Shown here: positions 11,338 through 24,560 of the stretch, piece by piece
Numbering within the stretch: position 1 is the first letter of the stretch
Layout: each line of letters begins with the position of its first letter
DNA from: Perkinsus chesapeaki ATCC PRA-425
Lineage: Eukaryota > Protista > Perkinsozoa
Direction: 5' to 3'
Length of the DNA: 64,000 nucleotides
Assembly: GCA_013115145.1 (NCBI GenBank)
Contig: JAAPAO010000040.1
Location: 1 to 64,000, forward strand
The notes under the pieces: model-generated
Seen by the model: only the letters and a program-made list of their open reading frames with translations
The model's database searches: none
What the model was told of the DNA's origin: nothing
Program-made: the position numbers and the translations under genes

Positions 11338-14300
11338 ATGTATGACACAACGCTTATCTTAGCGTACCTTACGGGCTTATCTGTGCAACAATCCTATATA
11401 CCCCTTAGAGCTTTCGCTGAAGGGGACACATCGATAGATCTAATGATTAACGGAAACACCGCGCCACTGGACGCAACTTTAGATGTTTACGCGATGAACA
11501 CAAATTATGAAATTCAAGGGGTGAACTCCGATGTACAGGTCTTGCGATTGGCATCTGATCTGGTTGACGGAGACATCGTAGCGATAAAAGCGACCAATAC
11601 AAAGCCTTTAGACGGTGTTGAAGTCGACACGGGCCACAGAGTAGTTGTATACCCAAGTTACGGTGGCTGGATTATGGCCATGCCCAATGGCATCATAAGC
11701 AGTGCGAAATACTGGCGGTGCACAGCTGAACCTTATGCGTCGTGGTCGATGAAGGACTTTAACGATAGCAGCTGGCCGTTCGCTGTAGAGTACCCTAAGA
11801 AAGGCGATTGCTGTCCTTGGCGTGACACGGTAGATGCATGGGGCGCTGTCAATGCTCAGTGGTTGTGGACTGAAGACCCCGTCACCGACAGAACGATTTA
11901 TTGCCGATATACTGTGAATGCAAGTGACTTTGTTGAGGGTATGGATGGTAGCAGGGAGAACGCCTCTGGCCTGGCACCAGAATTCAATATAACAGCTATT
12001 AAACCAGGCACCAGCTTGCTAACGATAGAACTCAACGTTACAACCATTGGTGCTTTAATTTACTGTGTTCCAATCAACATGCTCTACCGTATGAGAGCTC
12101 CTACGGCCAAAGAGATACAACAGGCGAACTTTTATGTTAATGTGACAGACCTCATAGAGGAGACCTGGGAGGACGTTACCGACTCTCGGTACAACATGAA
12201 TATACCACCAGCATTATCAGCTCACATAGGGTTTGTCATAGCGGCCAATATGGAGGGCTGTAGGGAAAAATGTCGTCAGACCCCTGACTGTGGAAGAATT
12301 TCTTTTTGGATTGAGGGAGCAGCGCAGCTGGGGTCCGCCAATTCCACAAATTGTCAACTGCTCGAAAGTATCGAAGGCTCCCCGACAATGGTGACTGCAG
12401 TTGATGCCACAGCAGTCATTCTTCACGAAGTGAGAATAGTAGAATACAAACCCCAAACGATAGACATTCAAGACGGTCTATCGGCCGGGACAGAGTACGA
12501 AGTGTATTGCACTGCAAAGGGCACAGATGGCTCTACCACTACACAAAGCGAAATCACTGCGCGGATGAAGAAGGTGGAGCAAGGGTATATACAGCAAGCT
12601 GAGCCATAGTCTTTATCAGGTTATCACACAAGGATGTTTTAACTGCGGTATACAGAGTTATCCGATCGTCACAGTACGAGGAGGCTTCGTCACGTCCTCA
12701 CGTATAGTCATGATTATACGAATGAGTCTTGACGGTAAAGCTTACTGCATGGCTAGGTAAGCATAGATGTCACCAATGCAAAACATTGCTCTTATAAAAC
12801 AGGCCACACGATCCAGTTACCGGAGCCGCCCCTGTCCAGCCCACTGAAGCCGAGTTCAGGATCTCGTCGACTATTGTGCCCTCTGATGACGAGCTCATTA
12901 GTGATGTCATGGTTAACATCCAAGGAGGTGGAACTACCAGTGACTGAGTGTTACTTGAGCGTTGCATTCAGGACTGCAAGCGGATTCAGTGTACTCTTTC
13001 TGGTGTATGACCATTGCAACGAGTGGCCGAGGTGTCTCTCCAGAGGAGGCAGTCGCTGCCACACGTCGAGTGGTGAGTTCAAGCACACTTAGTGAGACTA
13101 GCTTTAACGCACTTACCTGCCTAAGATCCGAACCCTTACCGAGGACGATGCTCCATCACCACTGGTTTCGCTCTATACAACCGAGGAACGTCTCTCAGGA
13201 ACGGAGGAGATTAAGCTCGTAGCTGAGGTTTCAGTTAGTGAGCCAGGTGCCGCGCAAGGATACGAAATGATGATGTTAGTGTACTTGGTGGCTTTCGTTC
13301 CTGCTTAGCTACTGTATGGTGTCATGCTATTGATTCCCTCTCTGGATCCACCTTCCCCACTATACCAGCTAGAGCAGCGATAAGGGACAGTGGCGTCTAT
13401 TTTACTGTAAGCCTAAAGATTAGCGTCAACTGGACAGCACTTATTACAGATACCCAGTCCACATGTACCCAAAACCATCGACCTTATTGACAGCAGTCGG
13501 TTTACCCTCGACAGAGCTGGCACGTTTGAGATATACTGCGACGGCGAAGAAGCGACCATGTAGGGTATATAAAGGTCTAGCGGAGCACTTTTGATTTTTA
13601 GGACCAACGAGACTTACCGAACACCTTATCCCAGCTTGAATATCGCCGCCTTCTTCAGCAGTTTCCAGTTTATTGACCTCACCATTAACGTTGACAGGTA
13701 TGTCAATGTCCCGGGGGACCAATCGTTTCACCGCCAGCATATATTTCAGAGCCGCCAATATATCGTGCGCTGCGCTACCATGGGTGATAGATGAGGCCAG
13801 CAGGCAGGAAGACTTTGCAAAAACCGTTGTGGATGGCAAGACCATCGCTTCCATTACATTGACGGTCATCGCAAGGAGTCAGGTTCTGACTATATACAAA
13901 TTCGCCCCGAAAGTCCTTCCGTTGAAACCGTCCGAATAGAAGGAGTCAACGCCCTTGTCAGCTTCCCAACAGGAGGTCAGACGACATTGAAACTATCCAA
14001 CTTGAGCCCAGGTGAGAAAGCAGGTGGCCTTCACCCAACGCAAATATCTTACAGGCACACTTCACGACATTTATTGTTTCACAGCGGATCCTATAATACT
14101 GGAGGATGACTTCATCTACACAATGCCAGATGAGGACATGTGGGCCACCCGTAGCACTGTCCATACCAAAGTGAGAATATTGCCAAAACAGTCGCACCAA
14201 AGCAATTACGTTGAAGTGGAGTCTAACACTACGGCCGGGAAGTTACTGCCAAATCTCGGGGCAGTATACATTACTGCGGTCAGGATTCTCCGATAGAAAC

Positions 14301-17300
14301 ATAGCATGCTGTCGCAGAGGAGTTGATCATGTTACAGAACACCAATACTGGGCTTCTTTTGTCAGGGCCCGACACCCATGTGGGAGTCAGTCGAGTGCTC
14401 AGCTGGTCGAGGCTGTACAGTGTCGGGCTTAACTGGCTTCGGTCTGAAGCCAGGTGATGGCCTGGTTGTCAGAGAGTTCGGTACCAAGTGCCGAGTAAAT
14501 CTATCGCCGCCTTGTTAACCGTCGACTACTCGAGCTCTGTAGGTATGTGAATGTAACGGTGTTAGAGATCCCGAACTGAGCTCATTTGGGGTAATTTGCA
14601 TCCCCGAGCTCAAGCCTGATCCTCTCTTGGGCACCCCAATAACAGGAATAGTAAGTACAGGAGCGCCGAGAGTACCACCCATGATTCATTTGATGGAAAA
14701 CGCTTCCGAGCGGGGCCTGCGCGAGAGTCTGTTCATAGCGGTGACTCACCTCATCTAACCACTTTATGACTAACTCAATGCACTATTGTTGTTATTCTTA
14801 GAGCCTGGACCCCATGGGACCGTGGTGCTACGTCGAAAAAGAGAGCTGCGACGATGCCACTGAAAGCCTGTAATATTAAATATCAAATATTTCTCACTCT
14901 GTCTCTTCCCCATCTCCTACCAAGAAGTTATCCCTTCGAATAAGCGCAATCTTACTGCCTATCCTTTCAGGTACTACCCTGACTTCTACATCAGCTATCA
15001 GGCCTGCCAGAACCCATCGGTCAGCGTTGAAGGGTTCGAAGGCTTTGCTAAGAGCGATGATGGCACCTCTTTCACTTGGTAAGATCACTCCAATAGCACA
15101 TGGTGACGATTCGCCCCATCCAGGTATGAGTCCTTTAATGCTACCCAGGATACCAAAGAGCTTATTGTTACTGCCCCAGGTGGTCTCTACGACTTGTGTT
15201 GGTGTGCGGATGATCCATCAGTAAGTCTCGTCCTTCGCGGCCTCTGGTGCCTTGACATACCAAGAATAACTCAATATAGATCACTGGCCTGTGTACCCTG
15301 ATGAGAGACTATTCACTTTACGTTGGTATGATCTATGTTCGTGGGACTACTGGCCTTGACGGTAAGTGCTCCGCCTCTTCGCTCTATGCCATACACCGTT
15401 TATGATACACTATTCCCAGCGCACGTGTTGTCCTATTATATTATTATTTATAACCAGTCATATTATGTACTCGGTTCACGTTATGCATACCTCAGTAACG
15501 AGGTGACACTATAGCATACATAATTGACCCCCACCAATCAACGATCTAGCAGCACGGCTTTTCCATCTCCTCCTCCTCCTCCTATTGTAGATACACTTAC
15601 GTACGACTGTACGGTAGGAAGGAACTGCTCCATTACTATAAATGATGTCGGTGGCACTAGCCCTCTGGATCGCATAGCAGCCATCCCCGGTCCCTGTTTG
15701 GAGTGGACTCCAGCCACACTGTTAGAATATCCTGGTGTGCCTGGTTTCCCTAACTCTGCCATCACCTTGCCCCTCAAGGACGCTGTCGGTTATCCAGCTG
15801 AGACCTTTATCTGGGAGAGCCCCATTTTCGCTCAAGGAGGGGTGTACAGCCTCTGTTGGTGCGGCGCCAGCGAGTCCACTGACTGCACACGGAGAATTGT
15901 CGGTTTCAACTTTCTGCAGTTTGTCGGTTCTGTTCGCGTCTTGGGTCCAGTCACTGGTCGCTCTTATTCGTGCAAGTACGCGGCCGTATGCATTATCGAT
16001 GGTGTTGTTGGGGAAGGCCTAAGGGGAGATGATCGCATCATTGCCTCTGCAAGTGATGACTGTTCCGTCAGAACCATTGACATCTACGCAAGGACTATGC
16101 AAGAATATGGTGAAAGCTTGAACTCTATTGCCGAGGGGAGAGAGTGGTATGACATCGGGGAGGAGCGCCCAGAGATCCATGAAGCATGGTACTCGAGAAG
16201 GCCTCTGCCCGGCGTGGATCCCCCGCCAGCTCATCTGATAAACGGACCAGTTCCCGAGAGGATATCGGTGCCTGGTTTCCCAGGTGATGGGCGGAGCTTC
16301 CCTAGCCAAGTAGAGGGAATGTAGGCCATCCTCGTGCGCTTGCCATTCATACAGCAGCATTTAAGGTACCTTTGGGGCATTGATAGTATCATATGGCCCT
16401 TTATTGCTGGGAAATATACACTATGTTGGTGTGGAGGAGGGCTACCCTGTACCAGACAAGGGAATTTTAATGTCCGTCTAGGTAGGGATAGGTTGTCATC
16501 TTCATCATCAATCCCGCCAATCCCCGTGCTCTAGGAACCCTGCAAGTGTCCGGCGCATTCTCCCTCCCGCCGACGAGTCTTCAAAAGATCTACTGTGTAA
16601 CGTATGAGAAGTGTGAGGTTCGCAATCTCCTCGGCAAGATGTCGCCGGGCGATAGGCTTATGATAACCGAAGAGGGTTGCGGCGCGGAATTCGCACCGGT
16701 TGGTAAGTCTTCGATGTTCTGCACTTCGCTACCCTACCGGCGAAAATCAGGCAACGGTGCCCCAAACCGTGGAGTGTCTCTCCCTAGCGTCAACGGCAGA
16801 GATTACGAGTTCTCCGAGCCAACAGGATCGGCTGGTGGTGAGGCGGTGAATAGGATTACACTAGCTGGTACCAATACGAAGCTGCCAAGTCGCACATTTA
16901 CGAACGATGGTTCATCTCAGGTGGTCGATACTTCCTTTGTTGGTGCAACAGTCGTTTAAGTTCGAATGCCTGCCTGGGCCCGCAGTCACAAACCACAGAA
17001 GTAGAACACATCGACATTTGTGCAACTTGCCTCTCCCCCTCAGGACACCAATGACACAACTTCCGTCCGGCCTAACCGCTTAGCGTATTCAGAGTCAGCT
17101 AGTTTCGATTCAATTGCTGGCATCCTCTTGGTGAAGCAGTGTCAGCAGTGTTTTCTATGACATCTCTACCCAGGTTAAATCTCCTGTACTACTCACGCAA
17201 GCCTTCTTCTGTGTTGCCAAGAAGCCGTGCACAATCGGTCCTCTGGAAGGCCATGGTCTCTCGGGCAGTGACAGGGTGAGATCCATCCCTCCCTCACAGC

Positions 17301-19338
17301 AATTACTGAATATCTTGTTCAGGTTAAAGTAACAGCTAGCTGTGCGCCGGGTGTTGCTGGCATCGGTGGCTTTCCACAAGGTGCCATAGGGAAGCCAACT
17401 ACGGAAGCTGGGGTTTTCTTTACTTGGTACTTTCCTACCGTACAATTCTCCCGATGAGCTTGTTGCAGGGGCACCGAACCGTTGACTGCTCAAGTGGGGC
17501 AATACCGTTTGTGCTGGAGCTCGCGAACCTCTGGGGGCACATACAACTACATAGTCGACATTGGATCTATTTCGGTAGCTGGGCCACAACCTAACCAGGT
17601 CAAGAACTGCTATGAGAGGCTGAAATGCACCGTCACCGATCTCAAGGGGTAAATCACAATCAGTGTTGTACCGAGCAATCACTGTCGTGGTTTCAGTACT
17701 GGCATGAAGGACGGAGACGTCCTCATTGCCCTTTGGGACACTCAAGATGAATGTGAGGATTTGGTTGCTGGAACTCCTGAGCGAGCTCCCATAGGGAATG
17801 AAGGTGAACGTCTGATACTGAGGGGTTCGATAAGCAAGGACGATTCCATCCTATTCCACAGGCATGTCGTATCCCGCCACCAATGGCGGTCGAGACTATG
17901 CCTTCTCGGACGAGAATGATCCGTACGACTACTTGCGTTTGCCGATTCTCCCGCCTCTGTAAGCCTGAAACTGTCACGCGCTGCCGAGTAGCAAACACCT
18001 TATTTTGGAAGGTTCTTTAAGCTCTGTTGGGTGGAGAACGGTGACCTCACCAACGGGTCCATAATGCAGGCCGGCATCATGAATGTGAGGCCTTCCGGCA
18101 TACTGTCGACCTACAACAGGGTTCATGGTTCAATTCACAGGTATCATCATTCGAAGTATGGTATCGAGTGAAGAGGGCTGGGTGGTCTTGGTCCCGTTTT
18201 GACTCTCCCATAATAGTGACTCTTATCGCCATTCTCTTGCCCATCCTGCTGCTGTTCTGTTTATGCATGTCATGCAGGCAGACAGGGCTGCGGGAGCGGA
18301 TGAAGAGGGTAGCAGACACTCCAAACTAGTTTGCCTTTCGTGCGAGGGATTCCTCTAAGACTGCTACTTATTTTAGGATCGAGAGGCCCTAGCTGCCGCG
18401 AGGGAATTGGAGATGATGAGGGGGGCCTCCAAGAGACGAAAAAGAGAACGCCCTGGAGTCATCGCGGAAGTGAGGTAAGTTCCATTAATACAGACCCTCT
18501 CGAAGCTACACTGTGCTTCTATAGACACCTGAGAAGGGCAGCGCGGCTGAAGACAGCAGCTGAGCGGGCAGTGATGAGGGAACAAGAGCACCGTGCATTG
18601 ATGTTGCTAGTCCAAGGAAGAGTAAACGAGCTAACGGTGATCACCACTGTAAACTAATGCACACACGAAATTATCGTTTCAGGCCAAGCAGCTCGCTGAC
18701 ATCGATGAACCGCCAGCCGAACTTCTCGAGGAGAAAACGGCGGCGAACGACATAGAACCTGCTCCCTCGACACGCGAGTCAACGCCTCCGACACCGACCG
18801 ATCCGTATCCAGTACCACCGGTTGTCAGCCGGCACCGGCAGAGGCAGGTGAGGTTAACATTTAAGGGCCACCTGATGCACCAAGATTCCCACTCTCTCGT
18901 TTTCAGCACGCCATTGCTACAGCGTCTTTCCCCATACATAAACGGATTCCTCCAGAGGATCGCATGGCTTGGAGTATCGCCAGAGTCGTCGACACTGACA
19001 AAATTTTCCCGCGGGAGTCTGAACGAGCGAAAACTAAGGGCGGTGAGGCCACCCCATCCCGACGTGGGTCTGAGGTGCACTTTGCGGAGGGAGAAGAGCC
19101 GCCACATTCTGGTCGCAAAAGTAAGCGTGTTCGCCGAATGAGTAAGTACACCACGGGCTGAACATTGTAGGCGTTACTTCTTCCGATGATAACCAGTTAA
19201 ATAACAAAAAGCGTAGCAGGAAGTCCAAGAAGAAAAGTGAGTGTAGCTGTATTTGATTATGGCTTGTATGAATTCTCAGAGAGTTCCGACGACCACAAGC
19301 GTTCTGAACCCGAATTGCCCATGAGCATTGATAGTTGA
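11338..19338 (+). CDS. Large modular cysteine-rich type I membrane protein (lectin-like, PAN/apple-like, FN3-like, kringle-like modules and repeated YxLCWC modules)
   Basis: Signal-like N-terminus; WRCT..FNDSSWP..AQWLWT..IYCRY; CREKCRQTPDC..NCQL; LSAGTEYEVYC; GPWCYVEKESC (about 14815); LYDLCWC (about 15190), VYSLCWC (about 15850), KYTLCWC (about 16420), FKLCW (about 18020); TM IIVTLIAILLPILLLFCLCM (about 18210-18270); charged tail ending SIDS* at 19338. Treated as one gene, but a split near 12.6-13 kb cannot be excluded. Confidence 0.6.
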
Positions 19339-20018
19339 GATCGGAAGATGTCTTGTGTTTCGTAGTTATGTTAACTCTGAACGCAACAATACCAGACGAT
19401 GTATTACAAAAAGTGATTCGTACTCAAAATTTTCGAGTCAAAACCGTGCAAACTCGATAAGGATATCGGAGGTGAGCGGACAATTTCCCGGAGGGTATTG
19501 TCACGCCAATAAACTGTCGAGAGGCTCTCGATTGTGACAACTTGAAATGGCTTCAATATTCTCTTCGACCAACCCTGCTATTGTCTTGCCAAGGACGTCC
19601 CTTTACTATATCAAAGTCTCTCCTACTTTATCAACGCAAGGATAAACCCCTATGGTAGAAAGGAGTATACGATGAACAACATTCACACTGAAGTGCAGTG
19701 CACAGAATACAGCAGCATCAGCAGAATACCTTTCGACCTATTACGCTGAAGTACTATACAAAGTGATCAATAGTATTAATTTAATACTGAAGAACTCAAT
19801 GAACAGCGCATTACTCCGCACGCACGAGCGATGGGGATTGGAAATTACTTGGTTGTCATACGACAGAAGGTTATGCGGCAATGTACTATTACAGCACGCC
19901 GGTTGAAATAGCTCGACAAACAGAAAAGGGAAGGCCTGATACAGCCAGAGCCCAAATAGGATTGAAAAGGAAAGTACCCCAAGGGGTATTATCGCAGTTA
20001 TTGGCAAATAGGACACAG

Positions 20019-21815
20019 TTAAATTAGGAGAGGCTTGCTTGAGTTTTCAACTTGGACGGCAACGATTCTGGCATCATCATAGTACATCTGGTCAGCATCA
20101 GTGAGAGCCTCGGTATCCCAAGAATGAGGGTTGAAACGAACCCAAGGGAAATCGTAACGGTCGGGCATGCCAACATGCATTATTTGCTCATCAACTTCAG
20201 AAGTGCTGAACTCGAAGACAGGGACACCGAGTTCAGGGTGATTAGCCGGTCCCGAGACGGCATGGACAGTCTTCATATCACCAGAGCTGACAACCTTGGC
20301 ATCGATAGCACCGAAGGCCCTAGGCCCAGCACCAGAGCCACATTGCATCCCGGTACTCAAATCATAACGAGATGCAATGCTCAAACGCGGGCAGTCATAA
20401 GATAGGGGATCGTGCAAGTAGTCGTTGTAGCGAGAAAACAGCATGACATCGGCAACGTTAGATAGCTCGGGTGCATCGCGATCACTGATGAGGCTACGGC
20501 TAGCTTGATGATAACTGCTCTGAGGATCAGAGTCGTTGTAAGCCATCTGCTCGTAGACATCAGGGAAGTAAGGGATGTTGTAGGACTTCCAGTAACCTCT
20601 CTTGTAGAGAACGCTTGAGACATCACCACGATGAGCATAGCTGACGGATTGCTCAGCAATCATGAGCACGTTCTCCCGCTCGCCGGCATGATGCTTGGCA
20701 ACATCGACTACCATCCATTGATTGTTATAGGTACCAGAGTTGTACTGATCAACCATGGAGTGGACAAACTCCTCACTGCTAGTGGAGAATAAAACAGATG
20801 AAGTGATACGCTGCCACGACAGAGTCACATGGCGAGCCTCAGGATCCGTCGCGATGCTGGCAGAGATCTCCTTGTCATGCATAGCATTGGTAGTCTCCAT
20901 TGCGATGAGGTTACCGTTCTCTTGGACATAGAAGTCATCCTTACTGTGGATTAGACCGGGAGTGCTGCTCATAGTAACAGTGAGCTTATTGGGATAAGTA
21001 ATCCTCTTGAAGACGCGAATAAAACCCTCATAGAGACGCCATGTGTTATGAGCAACAGCAATCTCTCCATTAGGCATAAGACGGATAACACCAGTGCAAC
21101 TACCCTCATCAAGAGTACCAGGACCAGCTGCGAACGGAGCCGTAGAAGCGGGAGTGGTCTCGCTGAGAACGCGATTACCACTGAGAGACTCGGCATCATT
21201 GAAGGCGGCGGCTACATCACCGAGGTCACCCCATGACTGGAGGATGTACATATCCAATGGGTCGATCTCTTTTCCCTTGGAGTGATAACGCTGATAACCG
21301 TCAATGAAACCCTGAGTCTGAGCCTGGACATAGGCCATACGCTTCCAGAAGGGGTCCTCGCTGATCTCGGTCATGATCTTGACAAAAGCACGCTGGTCCT
21401 CGAACCACTTCCTCACACCTTCAGGAGCCTTGTCAACATCGTTGTGCTTATAGTTAGTCCAGAAATCATAAATACGATCATGAAGGAAGTACGACTCGAG
21501 ATAACCCAAAGCATACATCCTATCAAGATCAGAGTAATAGTCAGAGCCAGAGTCGAGCTGGAGCTGATCCCAGCCAAGATCGAACAAAGTCTCAGTATAC
21601 AAGCCGGATGCAACAGCCAAAGGGGTGTCACGGGCCATCTCGACAACATCGAACTTGCCATTGTGTTTGGTCACTACGGCCTCTTGTACAAAGGCATCTT
21701 TATCGAGACTACCGAATCCACCACCTCGAGAGATAACTTCGTGGATGTCACCGGCGGGAGCAGAAGCGGCCCCACAAAGGAGACCGGCAAATAGAACAAA
21801 GCCTCTAATTGCCAT
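20019..21815 (-). CDS. Phospholipase B-like protein (PLBD/LAMA family)
   Basis: Intronless. Signal peptide MAIRGFVLFAGLLCGAASA; motifs SCTGVIR, AHNTW, SSTPGLIHSKDDFY, YNSGTYNNQWMVVD, YWKSYNIPYF, RYNDYLHDPLS, IASRYDL, GAIDAKV. Confidence 0.92.
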   Translation of the reverse strand: MAIRGFVLFAGLLCGAASAPAGDIHEVISRGGGFGSLDKDAFVQEAVVTKHNGKFDVVEMARDTPLAVASGLYTETLFDLGWDQLQLDSGSDYYSDLDRMYALGYLESYFLHDRIYDFWTNYKHNDVDKAPEGVRKWFEDQRAFVKIMTEISEDPFWKRMAYVQAQTQGFIDGYQRYHSKGKEIDPLDMYILQSWGDLGDVAAAFNDAESLSGNRVLSETTPASTAPFAAGPGTLDEGSCTGVIRLMPNGEIAVAHNTWRLYEGFIRVFKRITYPNKLTVTMSSTPGLIHSKDDFYVQENGNLIAMETTNAMHDKEISASIATDPEARHVTLSWQRITSSVLFSTSSEEFVHSMVDQYNSGTYNNQWMVVDVAKHHAGERENVLMIAEQSVSYAHRGDVSSVLYKRGYWKSYNIPYFPDVYEQMAYNDSDPQSSYHQASRSLISDRDAPELSNVADVMLFSRYNDYLHDPLSYDCPRLSIASRYDLSTGMQCGSGAGPRAFGAIDAKVVSSGDMKTVHAVSGPANHPELGVPVFEFSTSEVDEQIMHVGMPDRYDFPWVRFNPHSWDTEALTDADQMYYDDARIVAVQVENSSKPLLI

Positions 21816-22129
21816 GTGCAATAAGGTTGGAAGAGAAAACTGAAAAGCAATCAAATATGAAAAGAGACCCGGAATAAACCAATGTTACACTTAAGTATTC
21901 GATGAATTAGCAGCAGCCTAACAGAGACATCGCTGCGTAGCCCCAACACGGGGCGACGGCGACATCGACTAATAGCTCGGCGGCGGCAGGCAGCACCGCA
22001 GCATGAAGCATTCTCGCTCGCCCTTTAATTAAAGGCGCAATAGCTATCCAACAGCGGCGGCGGTAGTAGCCTAGTTTGAAACATCGGTTTTAATGTTACG
22101 CAGTGTTAGTGGTTGGGGTGAATCATACG

Positions 22130-24390
22130 TTATGAGGAGGGACCGGAGGTACGATGCTTCTTACGGTGATGAGGCAACTCAAACGTATCTTTATTTTTAA
22201 ATCCTAAACAGTGATGGAATAATTCAGCTTTACTCCGGACTGGCAGAAAGCCTACCTGCCATTCGGGACCGCATTCGGTCCTGTACTTTCCGGACACTCT
22301 CTCTGGCCTCCGCCTCGAAGGTGCCAGGGGCCGGACCCTTACCTTCTTGGGGCGCACGAACGCTCCATGGTGCGTCGAACTGTGTTGTATCCTCAGCAGT
22401 AAGATGCGTGTACTGAAGGGGAAGGCGTTGGAATGGTCGAGTGGGGCCTTGGGGCTCACCTTGGTTTGACCTATTTTGCCGTATTGCCCTCTCCTCAACA
22501 TCTGGCCCTTCAACAAGCGAGTAGCTGCCTCGTCACCAGCAGTCTCCTGTTCATCAGCCATGCGCTGCACGAACTGATCTGCTTCCACCTGCATGAAAGG
22601 AGTAACTTGGATTGTGGAGACAATCCAGTAGCTTACAGGGGCTTGATAGTCTCGAAGGTAGATCTCCTCTTTGCCTTCATTTCGCAGATCTTGATAGTAT
22701 GCACCTTGATGGTAATACCTGTTCAAAGATAACCACCATCACCACAAGTGACAGCAGTAAGGAGGTTCCTACTTTTGCATAAAGACGAAGTTCTTAGAGT
22801 GCTCCCGCTGGGGATACTTCTTCCGGATCTCCTCATCTTCCTGAATGCCAGAAGGGTTCCTATACTGCAAGAGCACCTTATGCCCCCCTCACCTTTGCTC
22901 GCTCCTCATCCGTCAAATTCCGTCGGCGTAATATCTCAGCCTCCTCCTCTCGTCTCTCCTTTGCTGCCTTATCAACTGCATATCTCCTCTCAAGCATGCG
23001 GAGGACCCATTCCTGATGTGTTGCTGGGGTGAAGTCCTACGGAATATACTATCAGCTGCAAGGCGGCGGCACGTTAAGCAAGCCAGTTACTTCGCCAAGT
23101 TCGGGCACAACTGCAGTGTCCTCTTCTTCATCTTCACCGATTTGCCCATCGTCTGCATCTTCAGACACGCCTGAAGCCACTAAGTCCGTGCACGACTGGG
23201 CAGCAGGAAGGTTACCTGATATAGCCGCCACCAGAGCATCCTCTTTCTCACGCTTCTTCCGGGCAGCATCTTCATTCGTCTCATTGTACCTGCGAAATGG
23301 TGAATAAACAGTGTGCTCAGAGCTGGGCAGGGCTGACTTCTCTAGATACTGCATTTGGTTACCCGCGCTGGAGGTGTTGTGCCTTTCACCCTTACGCACG
23401 AATACCTAAACAAACGATAATAAGCCGGAGTGGTCGGACTTGGGAACAGACTGGTTTGAATCTTGGCCCCGCAAGCAATGGGCCTTCGTCTCCGCTTTCG
23501 CTGCTCGATTCGCTCTCACTAGTCTCTTCTTCCTCTTCATCCTCGAGCTCATCATCCTCCATATCGGAGCCAGCTTCTCCTCTCCCTGAGCAGCCAAGAA
23601 ACATTCAACCCCTCACTCTTGTTTCCACTAGAAGCCCTTACTGGCCGCCGCGGCTGCCTCTTCCTGCTTGACGCGCTCCTCGACGGCTTGCCTCTGAAAA
23701 AGACATGTATGGAAACTACTGTATGAACCCTCAATAAATGCCGAACTTTAAAGGCAGCCCCCAAAAGAACCCAAACTCACCGATTTGGCGATCAGAGCGG
23801 CTCGATTGTCATCGTCATCGGAATCCTCATCATCTTCCGCGCCTACACACGGTTTCACTCTCCATGAAATCCCAAATACCCAACTCACCAGTGGACACAA
23901 CTGCAGGTTGATGCTTTGCTCGCTCTGCCGCCAACTGTCTCTGAAAAGTATCAACTGGTTTGACCGACCATGTCATGCACCCTTCCGACTCACCGCTCGC
24001 GCAAGGATCTCGGCTCGGCTGGGGCCATCGTCGTCATCCGAGCTGCTGCTGCTCTCATCACTATCGGACTCCTCCTCTCTAGATATAACTCGTGGTGCAA
24101 CTGGCTCTGGTCGCCGCCGGAGTGGCATCTCCTCCTCTTTAATCTGCCACAGGCGGTAATACACAACGGCCGCTGATGCGGCTACCTCCTGTTTCTCTCG
24201 CCGCTCAGCCTCCTCTTGTTCCTCCATCTCATGCTCGACATACTCTGGCATCTGGCAGACAGTCCTAGCTATGGCGCCCATTGGGGGGGTAACTATTTAC
24301 CTTGCCTCGACGGTAACGTGCCGGTCTAACCGGCTGAGGGTGTTGAATACCCTTTGTGCTAATAATAGAGTATTTATCAGCTGCCGACAT
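22130..24390 (-). CDS. MFAP1: Microfibrillar-associated protein 1 (spliceosomal B-complex factor, Spp381-like)
   Basis: Starts MSAADKY..VRPARYRRGK|MPEYV; acidic tracts; YYHQGAYYQDLRNEGKEEIYLRDYQAP and RRGQYGKIGQTK match the MFAP1 C-terminal core; ends DTFELPHHRKKHRTSGPSS*. Confidence 0.88.
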
Positions 24391-24560
24391 GACAACGATG
24401 GAACGGCAACCAACTATTAGACAAGAAGAAGCAGAAGGTGTCACACCAAACTAAACTCAAGCACCAAAGCTTAAGGCGCGAAGTGAAACCACCTACTGCC
24501 CATGTTATCATACGTTGGAGGAGGATGGCCTGGCCCTTTTTAAATTAAAAACAGAGTAGC

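Noticed and set aside
19363-19376. 14-mer CGTAGTTATGTTAA shared with the 60-bp repeat
   Set aside because: Several 14-mer coincidences are expected in a window of this size, and the flanks do not align.
22022-22035. 14-bp perfect palindrome CCTTTAATTAAAGG upstream of PLB
   Set aside because: A few palindromes of this length are expected at random in 64 kb.
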